A stretch of DNA of 64,000 nucleotides from Candidatus Limnocylindrales bacterium. Its GTDB lineage: Bacteria; Moduliflexota; Moduliflexia; Moduliflexales; JAUQPW01. Position 1 is the first letter of the stretch; each line of letters begins with the position of its first letter. The notes beneath the pieces were generated by a model that saw only the letters and a program-made list of their open reading frames with translations, had not been told where the DNA came from and did not search any database. Where the stretch lies: NCBI GenBank assembly GCA_035559535.1, contig DATMBG010000050.1, forward strand, positions 1 through 64,000, in the 5' to 3' direction. The position numbers and the translations under genes are program-made. Below are positions 50,296 to 61,782 of the stretch, in pieces.

Positions 50296-50559
50296 CAAGG
50301 TTTCCTCCCTCTTCAAACTAAGGTTTCGACAGAATAGTCTTTTCAAAATTAAGTAAACCAGATACTGGTTAACTCATCAGTTAACCGGTGGGAGAATGAT
50401 TTTCTATCTAAATAAACGAAGTTTCTGACTTTTATTCCCGAATTAAGGAAAAATTTTCATTGATGAAATGGTCAAAACCTTATAAGTTAAGTTTTGATTA
50501 ATAGAAATTAGGTGCCACAGTTACCGAGGTTTGAGTTAACCGAGGAAGAATAGGCAGGT

Positions 50560-51132
50560 ATGTTTGGCGGTAAAAATATACGACTTAAAACTTTCGAACA
50601 AATAACCCTCCCCTATTTGAAAGACCTTTATAACTTTGCCAGGAAACTCACCAAAAATGAAAATGACGCAGAGGATCTAACCCAAGAGACTTACCTTCGT
50701 GCTTTTGAGAAGTTTGACCAGTTTAAACCTGGGACAAATGCCAAGGGCTGGCTTTTTGCCATCATGTATCATCTATTTATAGATTCCCGTAAAAAAGCAG
50801 AGAACCGCTACACCTTCGTGGAGATGGAAAAGGCCAGATATATTAATGAAGACCCAACCCATTTTAGAAATTCTTTCCTTTGTTTAGACTCGACAGAAGA
50901 AGACTTGCAAAAATTTTTAACCAGAGTTAAGCTGGAAGATATTAAAAATGCCTTAAACCATTTACCAGAACCCTATAAAACTGTTATGATATTAAGGGAT
51001 TTTCATGGATTTAGTTATCGAGAGATAGCCGAGATCACGGAATTGCCTGTTGGAACAGTCATGTCAAGGTTATCCAGAGGGCGAAGACTTCTGAAGGAGA
51101 AGATATTGAAAAACTTACCCCCTGAGGAGTGA
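50560..51132 (+). CDS. ECF sigma factor (SigH/SigR-like)
   Basis: DAEDLTQETYLRAF, GTNAKGWL, SYREIAEI..PVGTVMSRLSRGR. Confidence 0.93.
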   Translation: MFGGKNIRLKTFEQITLPYLKDLYNFARKLTKNENDAEDLTQETYLRAFEKFDQFKPGTNAKGWLFAIMYHLFIDSRKKAENRYTFVEMEKARYINEDPTHFRNSFLCLDSTEEDLQKFLTRVKLEDIKNALNHLPEPYKTVMILRDFHGFSYREIAEITELPVGTVMSRLSRGRRLLKEKILKNLPPEE

Positions 51133-51141
51133 GGAAACCCT

Positions 51142-51939
51142 ATGAAGGAGTGTGAAGAGGTCAAGGTCTTACTAGATATTTACCTGGATGGGGAGTTTAG
51201 CGAAGAGGATACTCGACGAATCCAGAACCATCTGTCCACCTGTCCAAGCTGTTCTGAAATCTTTGAAAAGCGGCAACAGTTTTTAAACTTAATTAAGGAA
51301 AGTGAGATTCGAGAAGAAGTTCCTCCGGGATTGGAGTTGAGTATTCGAAGTAAACTGCGAAAGGCTGAACTACCACAACAGAAGAAACCTTCTATCCTTA
51401 AGGCCAGATCCATCCTGGCAGGGGTTCTGCTTCTTGCCGGGATAATCGGCATAGGGCTTTATTTCCTACAAAAATTCCCGTCTGGTTCCGGAGAAAATAC
51501 TGATTTTCTGAGAGCTGTTACCCGGGATTATGAAGATTATTTGAGACAAGAACTTCCCCTTGAAATCCAAAGCAGTGACCGCGAAGAGGTAATTCGGTGG
51601 TTTAAAAATAAAATCAACTTTAACCTTCTCCTCCCTTCCTTTCGAGATAAAAATATCAAGCTGCTGGGGGGACGATTAACCGGCTTTCAAGGAGAACGGG
51701 TGGCTTTAATTATATATGAGTTAAATGGTAATCCTATTTCTCTGGCTGTGACCAAGGCATGGAGACCTAAGATAGAGGAAACTGCCCGGAATACTCCTGA
51801 GGATATCGATTTTGATTTCTATCAGGTGGATGGATACACAGGGATCTACTGGAACTATCGGGGATTAGTTTACTGTCTGGTTTCAGATCTACCGGAGAAT
51901 GTAAACATCCATCAACTTCTGGATTGGTCCGCTTCTTAA
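51142..51939 (+). CDS. Zinc-binding transmembrane anti-sigma factor
   Basis: YLDGE...HLSTCPSC (HxxxCxxC), one TM helix, extracytoplasmic LLGGR domain; follows the sigma gene. Confidence 0.88.
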   Translation: MKECEEVKVLLDIYLDGEFSEEDTRRIQNHLSTCPSCSEIFEKRQQFLNLIKESEIREEVPPGLELSIRSKLRKAELPQQKKPSILKARSILAGVLLLAGIIGIGLYFLQKFPSGSGENTDFLRAVTRDYEDYLRQELPLEIQSSDREEVIRWFKNKINFNLLLPSFRDKNIKLLGGRLTGFQGERVALIIYELNGNPISLAVTKAWRPKIEETARNTPEDIDFDFYQVDGYTGIYWNYRGLVYCLVSDLPENVNIHQLLDWSAS

Positions 51940-51969
51940 GCTACCGATTTTTGTTTTACATTTTGCATT

Positions 51970-53271
<1,302 letters not shown>

Positions 53272-53380
53272 TTAAGCCGTGGGTGGTGGACCCGGCAATC
53301 TTCCACTCGCTTCCAGGCCTGTCCTACGTCAGGTCGAAGAGTTCAAGACAAAGGAGGAAGAGATTCGTCTGCTTCTTAAA

Positions 53381-53450
53381 GTATGGGAGCATAAAGGTAT
53401 GGGGGTAGGGACGTGTGGAAGACTTTACTTCCATATGCCCATACTCTTAC
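53381..53450. repeat. Degenerate copy of the GTRTGGRR inverted octamer array
   Basis: gtatggga .. gtatgggg .. gtgtggaa gactttac ttccatat gcccatac. Confidence 0.65.
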
Positions 53451-53485
53451 CTTCTTCGTGATCTTTACTGTCCACGGTCCACTAC

Positions 53486-53884
53486 CTACGGCTCGTCGTC
53501 CTTCGTTAACCGCTTTACCTTTTCCCAAACTAATCCCAGTCCAATTCGATTATACCACTTTCGTGATCTTTCATACTTTTCTAATTCCTTCCAGACATTC
53601 TTATCCCAGAAACTTTCATCCCATACTAATTCCTCAACTTTTTTCTGGGATCTCTTCTTGGGCCATACTTCCTTGACCCACAGGGTCTCGTCCCAGTTCA
53701 GTTCTTCTTCGGGTCTTTTTCGTGGGGATCTTCGAGAAAAATAAAGGTCTACAGAAAAAAGGGTGATGATGGCCGTAAAGAAGATAATTACCCACACGAC
53801 GAGGTAAAAATAGGGATTGATGGACATGGTGACTAGCAGCAAAAGGAAAATGACGGTTAAAATAACAGGAAGTTTTCTGTCCAT
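53486..53884 (-). CDS. Hypothetical membrane protein with two TM helices and a Trp-rich duplicated tail
   Basis: Two hydrophobic helices; EEL.WDETLWVKEVW and EEL.WDESFWDKNVW. Confidence 0.65.
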   Translation of the reverse strand: MDRKLPVILTVIFLLLLVTMSINPYFYLVVWVIIFFTAIITLFSVDLYFSRRSPRKRPEEELNWDETLWVKEVWPKKRSQKKVEELVWDESFWDKNVWKELEKYERSRKWYNRIGLGLVWEKVKRLTKDDEP

Positions 53885-53891
53885 AAAGCTA

Positions 53892-54245
53892 TTACCTGCC
53901 TTCCCCCGCCTCAGATGTTTCTAACAGCGGAATATAATATCCTCCAATGGTTCCCGGATGATGACACTTGGGACATGGCTGAGAGATTTTTAAATGTTCC
54001 AGCAGAATTTCCATTTCCAGTGCAGACAATTTATCATCCAGGTCTACCAGATTCAGGTGGGATAAGAATAAACTATATCCACATCCTTTGGTGGAACAGG
54101 GAAGTTTCACATCGATTATCTCCCGGAGATGCATACAATTTTCACAATAAAAATCAAAGGTTCTATATCCAGCACGGGCATCCCAAGGAGAAAAAGTATT
54201 CTTTGAAAGTTCTTTTTTACATTTTAAACAGACTTTTATTTTCAT
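53892..54245 (-). CDS. Hypothetical Cys-rich (zinc-ribbon-like) protein
   Basis: CLKC, CENC, CSTKGC, CPKC; start placed at ATG 54245. Confidence 0.65.
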   Translation of the reverse strand: MKIKVCLKCKKELSKNTFSPWDARAGYRTFDFYCENCMHLREIIDVKLPCSTKGCGYSLFLSHLNLVDLDDKLSALEMEILLEHLKISQPCPKCHHPGTIGGYYIPLLETSEAGEGR

Positions 54246-54307
54246 TAAAACGAATTTTATGCTATGGAAAGGAACCAATTCAACATTTTTTGTTATATTC
54301 TCACTTT

Positions 54308-55297
54308 TCAGATTCCGGATACGATATTTTCCATTCCTTCCTTTATAAAGGCGTAGGTCATATGCGGGGTATTATAGGCAAAGCCGATTTGTCCCCATCG
54401 ATCGATTAAAACGAGTCCTCCAAAGCCTTGAACTCGGGTATAAAGAAGGTCAATGGCCAGATTAGCGGCTTCTTGTGCAGAGCAATTCCTGGTTAGAATA
54501 AAATCGGCTACACTCTTTGCCCATACAACTCGAATAATAAATTCACCATGACCCGTACAGGAAATCCCCCCCGATTGATTATCTGCATAGATCCCACATC
54601 CTATCAGGGGAGAATCCCCTACACGACCCGGATATTTACCCGAAATACCTCCGGTAGAAGTGGCGGCTGCAATACATCCGTTCCTGTCTATGGCAACCGC
54701 GCCTACTGTATCCTTTTCTCCGTGGATGATTTGGGATTCCAGGTTTTTTATTATAGGCCGTTGGGGGTTATGGGATGACAACTTCTCTTTCAGTCGGTTT
54801 TCCGTTATCAGATCCTCTTTTTGACACAACAAGGGTTGAGCCAGACCGGGCTCTACTTCCTGGGCAAATCGAAAAGCCCCTTCACCGACCAGAAGCACGT
54901 GCTCACTTTTTTCCATGACCTGTCTGGCCAGTCGGATGGGATTTTTTACATTTCTAACTGCTGCTACAGCCCCCGCCCTGAGTCCGGCCCCTTCCATAAT
55001 CCCGGCATCCATTTCTATTTCGCCATCTCGATTCAAAACAGACCCTTTACCCGCGTTGAATAGAGGGTTATCCTCAAGAACGACCACAGCTCTCTCCACC
55101 GCATCCAGGGCCGTTCCTCCTGCCTGAAGTATTCGCCATCCCTCCAGGACAGCCTGACGGCATCCAATCTCCCGCTCCTGTAACCGTCCATCATTTATCC
55201 TTCCCGCACCTCCATGCACAATGAGGGCGGGTAAATATACAGAATTTTCCTTGATCGAGTTCAAAGAGTTATTCCTGCGAGATTTCGACATGCCCAT
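54308..55297 (-). CDS. iaaA: Isoaspartyl peptidase/L-asparaginase (Ntn hydrolase)
   Basis: VHGGAG, FNAGKGS, D/TVGAVA, ATSTGG, GRVGDSPLIG, CTGHGE. Confidence 0.92.
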   Translation of the reverse strand: MGMSKSRRNNSLNSIKENSVYLPALIVHGGAGRINDGRLQEREIGCRQAVLEGWRILQAGGTALDAVERAVVVLEDNPLFNAGKGSVLNRDGEIEMDAGIMEGAGLRAGAVAAVRNVKNPIRLARQVMEKSEHVLLVGEGAFRFAQEVEPGLAQPLLCQKEDLITENRLKEKLSSHNPQRPIIKNLESQIIHGEKDTVGAVAIDRNGCIAAATSTGGISGKYPGRVGDSPLIGCGIYADNQSGGISCTGHGEFIIRVVWAKSVADFILTRNCSAQEAANLAIDLLYTRVQGFGGLVLIDRWGQIGFAYNTPHMTYAFIKEGMENIVSGI

Positions 55298-55299
55298 CC

Positions 55300-55497
55300 C
55301 TATTTGGTAACTTCCTCCATCTGTTTACCTCGTTCCTGGGCCTTCTGCTCAACCTTTTGGGTCGTAGCATGAACCCGTTCCATAGCCTTTTGAACTTCCT
55401 GTCCACTTTGTTGGGTTGTACGACCTGCTTTCATAAAGAAATAAATACCCCCTGCTAAAAGCATTAATATAACCAGGATAGAAATAAAACTCTTCAT
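55300..55497 (-). CDS. Small hypothetical membrane-anchored protein (65 aa)
   Basis: GAGGAGGG RBS, N-terminal hydrophobic helix, short coiled-coil; abuts the downstream gene. Confidence 0.6.
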   Translation of the reverse strand: MKSFISILVILMLLAGGIYFFMKAGRTTQQSGQEVQKAMERVHATTQKVEQKAQERGKQMEEVTK

Positions 55498-55640
55498 CTC
55501 TCCCTCCTCTTCACCTGGAGAATCGGTGATAGTACTTTATCTTAGCTAAACTAATCCCTTTTTTTAAAAGAAAGCAAGATATATTTGCTCTGCCAGTTTT
55601 TACTTCAAAAACCTTGCCAGAAAATCTTAACAAAAAAAGC

Positions 55641-55669
55641 TTGACAGGAACCAGGTATCTTTCTAAACT
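55641..55669 (+). promoter_or_regulatory. Putative sigma70 promoter of the trp operon
   Basis: TTGACA-17nt-TAAACT. Confidence 0.7.
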
Positions 55670-55729
55670 TTAAGATAAGTTTTTCTCAATCTAATCCAGA
55701 CCTGGTCCCTTTATCTTATGGGGTCACGT

Positions 55730-55843
55730 ATGAATTTTTTACGAGCGGTTAGCCCAAATGAATTTTTAATTCAAGCTTGGCGTTGGTGGTGGCGCCAATG
55801 CTTACCTGTGGTGTGGGCTAGCTCGCTGCGGATTCCCATATAG
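55730..55843 (+). CDS. trpL: Trp attenuator leader peptide
   Basis: Hand translation MNFLRAVSPNEFLIQAWRWWWRQCLPVVWASSLRIPI*, five TGG codons, upstream of trpE; an alternative in-frame ATG lies at 55718. Confidence 0.85.
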   Translation: MNFLRAVSPNEFLIQAWRWWWRQCLPVVWASSLRIPI

Positions 55844-55872
55844 ATCGGTTAACTGCTTATCACCCGTTAAAC

Positions 55873-55918
55873 AAGCCATAGGTAGCTGAAAAAGTTATCT
55901 ATGGCTTTTTTATTTTTT
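55873..55918 (+). terminator. Attenuator terminator before trpE
   Basis: aagccataggtagct-loop-agttatctatggctt followed by a long T run. Confidence 0.85.
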
Positions 55919-55923
55919 GCCTT

Positions 55924-57483
55924 ATGTATCATCCAACATTGGAAGAGTTCAAGAAGAAGGCTCGAGAGGGGAACTTGATTCCGGTATATCGGGAGGTTCT
56001 GGCAGATATGGAAACCCCGGTATCGGCCTTTAAAAAAATTGATGGTGGTGATTACGCGTTCCTCTTAGAAAGTGTGGAGGGGGGAGAAAAATGGGCTCGT
56101 TATAGTTTTCTGGGAAGTCGGCCTTCTATGATCTTCCGTTCTAAAGGGAAGGCCGTTGAAATTATTAAAGAAGGTAAATCGGAAACGGTAACCGTTAAAA
56201 CGGATCCTTTAGACATTCTTAAAGACCTGATGGCACGATATAAACCGGTACAGGTAGAAGGGTTACCTCGTTTTTTTGGAGGGGCCGTAGGGTACATTAC
56301 CTATGACATGGTTCGGTTCTTTGAAAAGCTGCCCGATCTGAACGTAGACGATCTAAATCTTCCGGACTCTATTTTCATCTTTACAGATCAACTTCTCATT
56401 TTCGATAATGTGGCCCATACCATCAAGGTGGTCTATAATGCCTATGTTAACGAAAACGCCTCTGAAGCAGAACTGGAGCAAATTTATCGCCATGCCATAG
56501 ATATGGTGGATTTTCAGATCTTGCTTTTGAAACTCAAGGAACTTCAGAACGGAACCACTAAAGTAGAAGAACTTCTCAGAGCGTATTTACCCAGGCATTA
56601 CCGGGATCCCTTACAGCAGAAGAAGCCATTAAGGTCTGTAACCTCCTTGACCCTTTCCTCAAATTTCCGAAAAGAAGAATTCGAGAATGCGGTCAAAAAG
56701 GCTATTGAGTATGTAGAAGCCGGAGACATTATTCAGGTTGTTTTATCCCAAAGGTTGCAGACCTCCCTTTCGGCAGACCCGTTTGACGTCTACAGAGCTT
56801 TACGGACGATCAATCCTTCTCCTTACATGTTTTACTTAAAATTAAAAGATTTGTGGCTTGCGGGTTCCTCACCGGAGGTTTTAGTCCGTTTGGAAAATGA
56901 GAGGATCGAGGTTCGTCCCATAGCCGGTACCCGCCGTCGGGGGCGTGATGATGAAGAGGATAAAAAACTCATGGCGGATTTGTTGGCCGATCCTAAGGAG
57001 CGAGCTGAACACGTCATGTTGGTAGACTTGGGGCGAAACGATGTAGGAAGGGTTTCCGAACCGGGAACCGTAGAAGTCAATGAGTTGATGGTTATCGAGA
57101 AATATTCCCATGTGATGCATATAGTTTCCAACGTCCGGGGCATCTTGAAGAAAGGTTGTGATGCCTTTGACGTCTTTCGTTCTTGTTTTCCGGCCGGAAC
57201 GGTATCCGGTGCTCCCAAAATCCGGGCCATGGAGATTATTGAAGAACTGGAGCATACCCGCCGTGGTCCTTATGCCGGAGCTGTAGGTTATTTTAGTTTC
57301 TCTGGGAATATGGATACCTGCATCACCATCCGTACCATTGTAATGAAAGACCATATGGCCTACATTCAAGCCGGGGCCGGCATTGTGGCCGACTCTATTC
57401 CCGAAAAGGAATATGAAGAAACCATGAATAAAGCCAGGGCTATGATGAAGGCTATTGAAATGGCGGAGAGAGGACTGGATTGA
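55924..57483 (+). CDS. trpE: Anthranilate synthase component I
   Basis: LLESVEGG, ARYSF, NPSPYM, SSPE, PIAGTR, AEHVMLVDLGRND, GTVSGAPKIRAM. Confidence 0.96.
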   Translation: MYHPTLEEFKKKAREGNLIPVYREVLADMETPVSAFKKIDGGDYAFLLESVEGGEKWARYSFLGSRPSMIFRSKGKAVEIIKEGKSETVTVKTDPLDILKDLMARYKPVQVEGLPRFFGGAVGYITYDMVRFFEKLPDLNVDDLNLPDSIFIFTDQLLIFDNVAHTIKVVYNAYVNENASEAELEQIYRHAIDMVDFQILLLKLKELQNGTTKVEELLRAYLPRHYRDPLQQKKPLRSVTSLTLSSNFRKEEFENAVKKAIEYVEAGDIIQVVLSQRLQTSLSADPFDVYRALRTINPSPYMFYLKLKDLWLAGSSPEVLVRLENERIEVRPIAGTRRRGRDDEEDKKLMADLLADPKERAEHVMLVDLGRNDVGRVSEPGTVEVNELMVIEKYSHVMHIVSNVRGILKKGCDAFDVFRSCFPAGTVSGAPKIRAMEIIEELEHTRRGPYAGAVGYFSFSGNMDTCITIRTIVMKDHMAYIQAGAGIVADSIPEKEYEETMNKARAMMKAIEMAERGLD

Positions 57484-57566
57484 AAAGAAAAGTATTCTCC
57501 CCAAAGGGCCCCAAAGAACTTCCAAAAGTCTAGAAAACTTTGGGGTTCTGGGGGTAAATTAAACCT

Positions 57567-58130
57567 ATGATTCTGATGATTGATAATTACGATTCGTTTA
57601 CTTATAATTTAGTCCAGTATCTCAGCGAATTGGGCGCTGAGGTTCAAACCTATCGTAACGATCAAATAACCCTTGCAGAGATCGAAGCGCTCGCTCCGGA
57701 AAAGATTGTCATCTCTCCGGGACCCTGTTCCCCGGCAGAGGCCGGAATTTCCGTAGAGCTTATCCGACACTTCTACACGAAAATACCCATTCTAGGGGTC
57801 TGTCTGGGTCATCAAAGCATCGGAGCCGCTTTTGGTGGTGAAGTCGTTCGGGCGGACCGAATCATGCATGGAAAAACCTCCATGATTTATCATGATGGAA
57901 AAACTATTTTTCGAGATTTAGAAAACCCTTTTGAAGCAACCCGCTATCATTCACTTATCGTAAAACGAGAGACCCTTCCTCCTTGTCTGGAGATCAGTGC
58001 TGAGACCAAAGAGAAAGAAATTATGGGATTACGCCACCGGGAGTATCCCATAGAAGGGGTTCAGTTTCACCCGGAGTCTATCTTAACTCCGATGGGGAAA
58101 AAATTATTGAAAAATTTTCTACAAAACTAA
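57567..58130 (+). CDS. trpG: Anthranilate synthase component II (glutamine amidotransferase)
   Basis: [33 protein letters not shown]. Confidence 0.93.
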   Translation: MILMIDNYDSFTYNLVQYLSELGAEVQTYRNDQITLAEIEALAPEKIVISPGPCSPAEAGISVELIRHFYTKIPILGVCLGHQSIGAAFGGEVVRADRIMHGKTSMIYHDGKTIFRDLENPFEATRYHSLIVKRETLPPCLEISAETKEKEIMGLRHREYPIEGVQFHPESILTPMGKKLLKNFLQN

Positions 58131-58240
58131 GATTAAAAATATCCTTTTGTAAGATCGGAAGAGTGAAAGATTATCCAGGGTCTCTAAGGTTTTAAAGACC
58201 TTGGGGAACCCGTTCCAGGATAGTTTCTAAAAGGAATTTT

Positions 58241-59287
58241 ATGGAAAAAAAACGGATATTGACCGGAGATCGTCCTACCGGTAAGCTACACCTGGGTCAC
58301 TACGTGGGTACCCTGGCAAATAGAATTCGACTTCAATACGAATATGAGAGTTTTTTCATCATTGCCGACCTGCATATGCTCACCACCCGAAATGCACCGG
58401 AAGATATCGCCCAGAGTGCCCAAAACATTCGGGACCTGGTCCTGGACTCCTTAGCTGCAGGGATCGATCCGGCAGTTGCTACCTTCTATATTCAATCTGC
58501 GGTTCCCGAAGTTTGTGAACTTTATACCCTCTTCCAGAATTTGATCACCGTCCCACGGCTGGAGCGATTGCCCAGTTTGAAAGAAATGGCCCGGGATGCC
58601 AACAAAGAAGAAATGCCCTTTGGATTGCTGGGCTATCCGGTCCTCCAGGCAGCAGATATCCTCTGCGTTCGCGCTCATCTGGTTCCTGTGGGAAAAGATA
58701 ATATAGCCCATGTAGAAGTCACCCGAGAGATTGCCCGCCGCTTCAATCACCTCTACGGGGAAGTCTTTCCCATACCGGAGGGACTCGTTGGAGAGGTGCC
58801 GACCTTAGTCGGTACCGATGGACAGACCAAAATGAGTAAAAGCCTGGGTAACGCTATTTTCTTAAGTGATGATGCCCAAACGGTACGAAAGAAAGTCTTC
58901 AGCATGTATACCGATCCGGCTCGAATTCGTGCCGACATTCCGGGACGGGTTGAAGGAAATCCGGTCTTTATCTATCACGATACCTTCAACCCTAACAAAG
59001 AAGAGGTAGAAGACCTTAAAACCCGATACCGACAGGGTCGGGTCGGAGACTGGGAAGTTAAAGAAAAACTTGCCAGGGCCCTCAACCAATTCTTGGAACC
59101 TATCCGGGAACGTCGGGCTTTTTATGAAAATCAACCCGGATTTATAGAAGAAATTATTTACAAAGGAACCCTTCGCGTTCGTGGGGAAGCGAAGGCAACC
59201 TTACAGGCTGCAAGAAAAGCCATGGGACTTACCCAGGTTTGGGACCAATTCAAACTCACTTCATCTGATCAAAGGGATTCTCATTGA
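58241..59287 (+). CDS. trpS: Tryptophan--tRNA ligase
   Basis: [34 protein letters not shown]. Confidence 0.96.
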   Translation: MEKKRILTGDRPTGKLHLGHYVGTLANRIRLQYEYESFFIIADLHMLTTRNAPEDIAQSAQNIRDLVLDSLAAGIDPAVATFYIQSAVPEVCELYTLFQNLITVPRLERLPSLKEMARDANKEEMPFGLLGYPVLQAADILCVRAHLVPVGKDNIAHVEVTREIARRFNHLYGEVFPIPEGLVGEVPTLVGTDGQTKMSKSLGNAIFLSDDAQTVRKKVFSMYTDPARIRADIPGRVEGNPVFIYHDTFNPNKEEVEDLKTRYRQGRVGDWEVKEKLARALNQFLEPIRERRAFYENQPGFIEEIIYKGTLRVRGEAKATLQAARKAMGLTQVWDQFKLTSSDQRDSH

Positions 59288-59897
59288 TAACATCCAGATG
59301 ACTTGTATCGTTGATAACAATACGGGTAACTTCGGTACCGTTAATATCAACAATGCTTGCAGAGGCGTTATTCTGATGGATCTCTCGATGGCGGGATAAA
59401 CCTATCCCGAGAAGGCTGGCCAGAATGATTCGGTTGATTTGAGCATGGGCCACGACGGCTACCGCGCCTGAAGGATATTTCTCGATGATAGACTTAATAA
59501 CAGGCATAGCCCGGGCTTGCGCTATGACCGGAGACTCACCTTGAGGGACGGGAAAGTCAACCTCCCCGGCTTTCCAACGGGCTATAATTTTATTAAGCTC
59601 CCCCATGGTAATTTCATTGATGGGTTGTCCCGTTAAAAAACCATAATCAAATTCGTTAAGTTCTGGAACAGGTTGAAAGGTCAACCCGCAGATCCGTGCA
59701 ATTTCCTCAGCCGTCTCCCTGGCCCGTCTCAACGCACTGGAGTAAATGGCCTTCAAATTCTCCGATTTAAATCGCTGTCCAAGAGCTTTAGCCTGTCTTC
59801 GTCCTAAAGGACTTAAGGCGGGGTCGAGATCCCCACCTTGAAATATGCCTGCCGAATTGAGCTCACTTTCGCCATGTCGAATTAAAATCAGTCTCAT
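59256..59897 (-). CDS. Histidine phosphatase family protein
   Basis: [38 protein letters not shown]. Confidence 0.9.
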   Translation of the reverse strand: MRLILIRHGESELNSAGIFQGGDLDPALSPLGRRQAKALGQRFKSENLKAIYSSALRRARETAEEIARICGLTFQPVPELNEFDYGFLTGQPINEITMGELNKIIARWKAGEVDFPVPQGESPVIAQARAMPVIKSIIEKYPSGAVAVVAHAQINRIILASLLGIGLSRHREIHQNNASASIVDINGTEVTRIVINDTSHLDVINENPFDQMK

Positions 59898-60661
59898 TTT
59901 GCCAGCTTCCCTGAAGGGTCACGAAAAACCACCTGGAAAGAAACCTGATAACCACTCGCCCTGTTACCTAGAGATAATCCCCTACCTGTCAAGCTAAGGA
60001 ATAAAAAATCCCATATAGCGACCTGTTTACAGCTCTCCTCCTAAACCACCATCTGAACCTGGAAGCAAAGGTGTACCCCCTTGTAATTTGATGAATAGGG
60101 TCCCTCCGCCTGGGTTTCTGGGGCCTGGGAGTGCAAGCCAGGACGCCCGTACTTTGATAAACAGGATCATCCCAGTGGGGTCTCTAAAAGCTAGCTTGAT
60201 CCATGGGGAAACTCCCTTACCACCTCACCCTTCAACAGAATACCGCTTAGATCCTATCTTAATAGGGAAATGGTATAAAATAATTTCCCCGTGATCCTTC
60301 GTGGCCCTTCAGGGATATATTTAGCTTTTCCTAAAGTAGAACTGAGGTATCCCCCCTGTCAATAAGATTCTTTACCTAAAACCCCAGGAAAGTCATTGAC
60401 ACTTTTCGGATTCAACGTTACAACTATATTTAATTAATCCTGTTATAACAAAGGATGCTGGTTCAATTTTGAAATGAGCCGTCAACGACAAAAAACCTGA
60501 TGGAATCTAAAGAGGTATTGACTTTGTGATGTAAAGTAACTAACTATTCATTTTGAATTATTGCTGAAACGGGTTATAAGTTCTTTCGAAGCCAGGAGTA
60601 AGCGGTTAATTACCGATAATTCATCACAGACTACAGCTTACAGACTACAGATTACGAACCC

Positions 60662-61705
60662 ATGAAAAAACATAAAAAGAGTGAGTTATTGCTCAAGGAG
60701 GCTCACCCTGAGGTTCAGGCAGATGCTTATCGAGAATCCTTAGAAGAGTATCATACGAAAATCCAGGACCTTAAAGAGGAGATCCAGCGGGTGATTGTAG
60801 GGCAAAATCAGATGATCGACAGCCTCCTTATCGGACTCCTTGCAAACGGGCATATCCTTCTGGAAGGTGTTCCAGGCCTTGCTAAAACTTTAACCATCAA
60901 AACCTTTGCTAAAGCCATGTCGGCCAGCTTTCAACGGATCCAATTCACGCCAGACTTGTTACCAGCCGATGTGATTGGAACTCTCATTTATAATCCTAAA
61001 GATGCCGAGTTTGTTCCTAAGTTAGGTCCTATCTTTGCTCATTTTGTTCTGGCCGATGAGATCAACCGGGCTCCTGCCAAAGTACAGAGCGCTCTTCTGG
61101 AGGCTATGCAAGAAAGACAGGTTACCATCGGCAAAGAAACCCACCTTCTCCCTGAACCTTTTCTTGTTCTGGCCACGCAAAATCCCATTGAACAGGAAGG
61201 GACCTATAACCTTCCAGAAGCCCAGGTGGATCGTTTTATGTTGAAGGTTAAGGTAGGCTATCCGGATTTACAGGAGGAAAAAGAAATTATCCATCGAGAC
61301 TTTGACACCATCAAAATCAACCCGGTCCTGGCCCCTGAAGAAGTAACAGAGATCCGACACCTGATCCATAAAACAATTTACATGGATGAAAAGATAGAAG
61401 ATTACCTTCTACTCATTATCTTCGCTACCCGAAAAAATAAGGAGATTTTGCAGAAATTTGGATTGGAGGCGTTGGCCCCTTATATCCGGTATGGTTCTTC
61501 CCCTCGAGGTTCTCAAGCCCTTAAAACTGCCGCTCTGGTTCAGGCTTATTTACAGGGGCGATGGTATGTGATTCCGGAAGATATCGAGGCGGTCGTCCTG
61601 AGTGTTCTCCGCCATCGGGTTATCCTTTCCCCAAAGGCAGAGGCCGAGGAAAAAACAGCCGACGAGATATTAGAACAGGTTTTGGAGAAGATTCCTGTCC
61701 CCTGA
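60662..61705 (+). CDS. MoxR-family AAA+ ATPase
   Basis: LLEGVPGLAKT, RIQFTPDLLPAD, DEINRAPAKVQSALLEAMQE, ATQNPIEQEGTY. Confidence 0.95.
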   Translation: MKKHKKSELLLKEAHPEVQADAYRESLEEYHTKIQDLKEEIQRVIVGQNQMIDSLLIGLLANGHILLEGVPGLAKTLTIKTFAKAMSASFQRIQFTPDLLPADVIGTLIYNPKDAEFVPKLGPIFAHFVLADEINRAPAKVQSALLEAMQERQVTIGKETHLLPEPFLVLATQNPIEQEGTYNLPEAQVDRFMLKVKVGYPDLQEEKEIIHRDFDTIKINPVLAPEEVTEIRHLIHKTIYMDEKIEDYLLLIIFATRKNKEILQKFGLEALAPYIRYGSSPRGSQALKTAALVQAYLQGRWYVIPEDIEAVVLSVLRHRVILSPKAEAEEKTADEILEQVLEKIPVP

Positions 61706-61782
61706 AGCAAGTGCAGAAGGGTGAGCAGATAAGAGATAAGAAAGCATGACCCTGTTGTCCTTTATCTTTACCTTGGGTATAA

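Noticed and set aside
55670-55920. T-box riboswitch upstream of trpE
   Set aside because: No T-box consensus is visible; the Trp-rich leader ORF explains the terminator better.
59256-59897. cobC (alpha-ribazole phosphatase)
   Set aside because: Only generic histidine-phosphatase motifs are visible, and the gene lies 11 kb from the cob operon; specificity cannot be assigned.
60095-60125. ZTP riboswitch suggested by CCGCCTGGG
   Set aside because: The matching 5' conserved elements are not visible, and no folate or purine gene follows.
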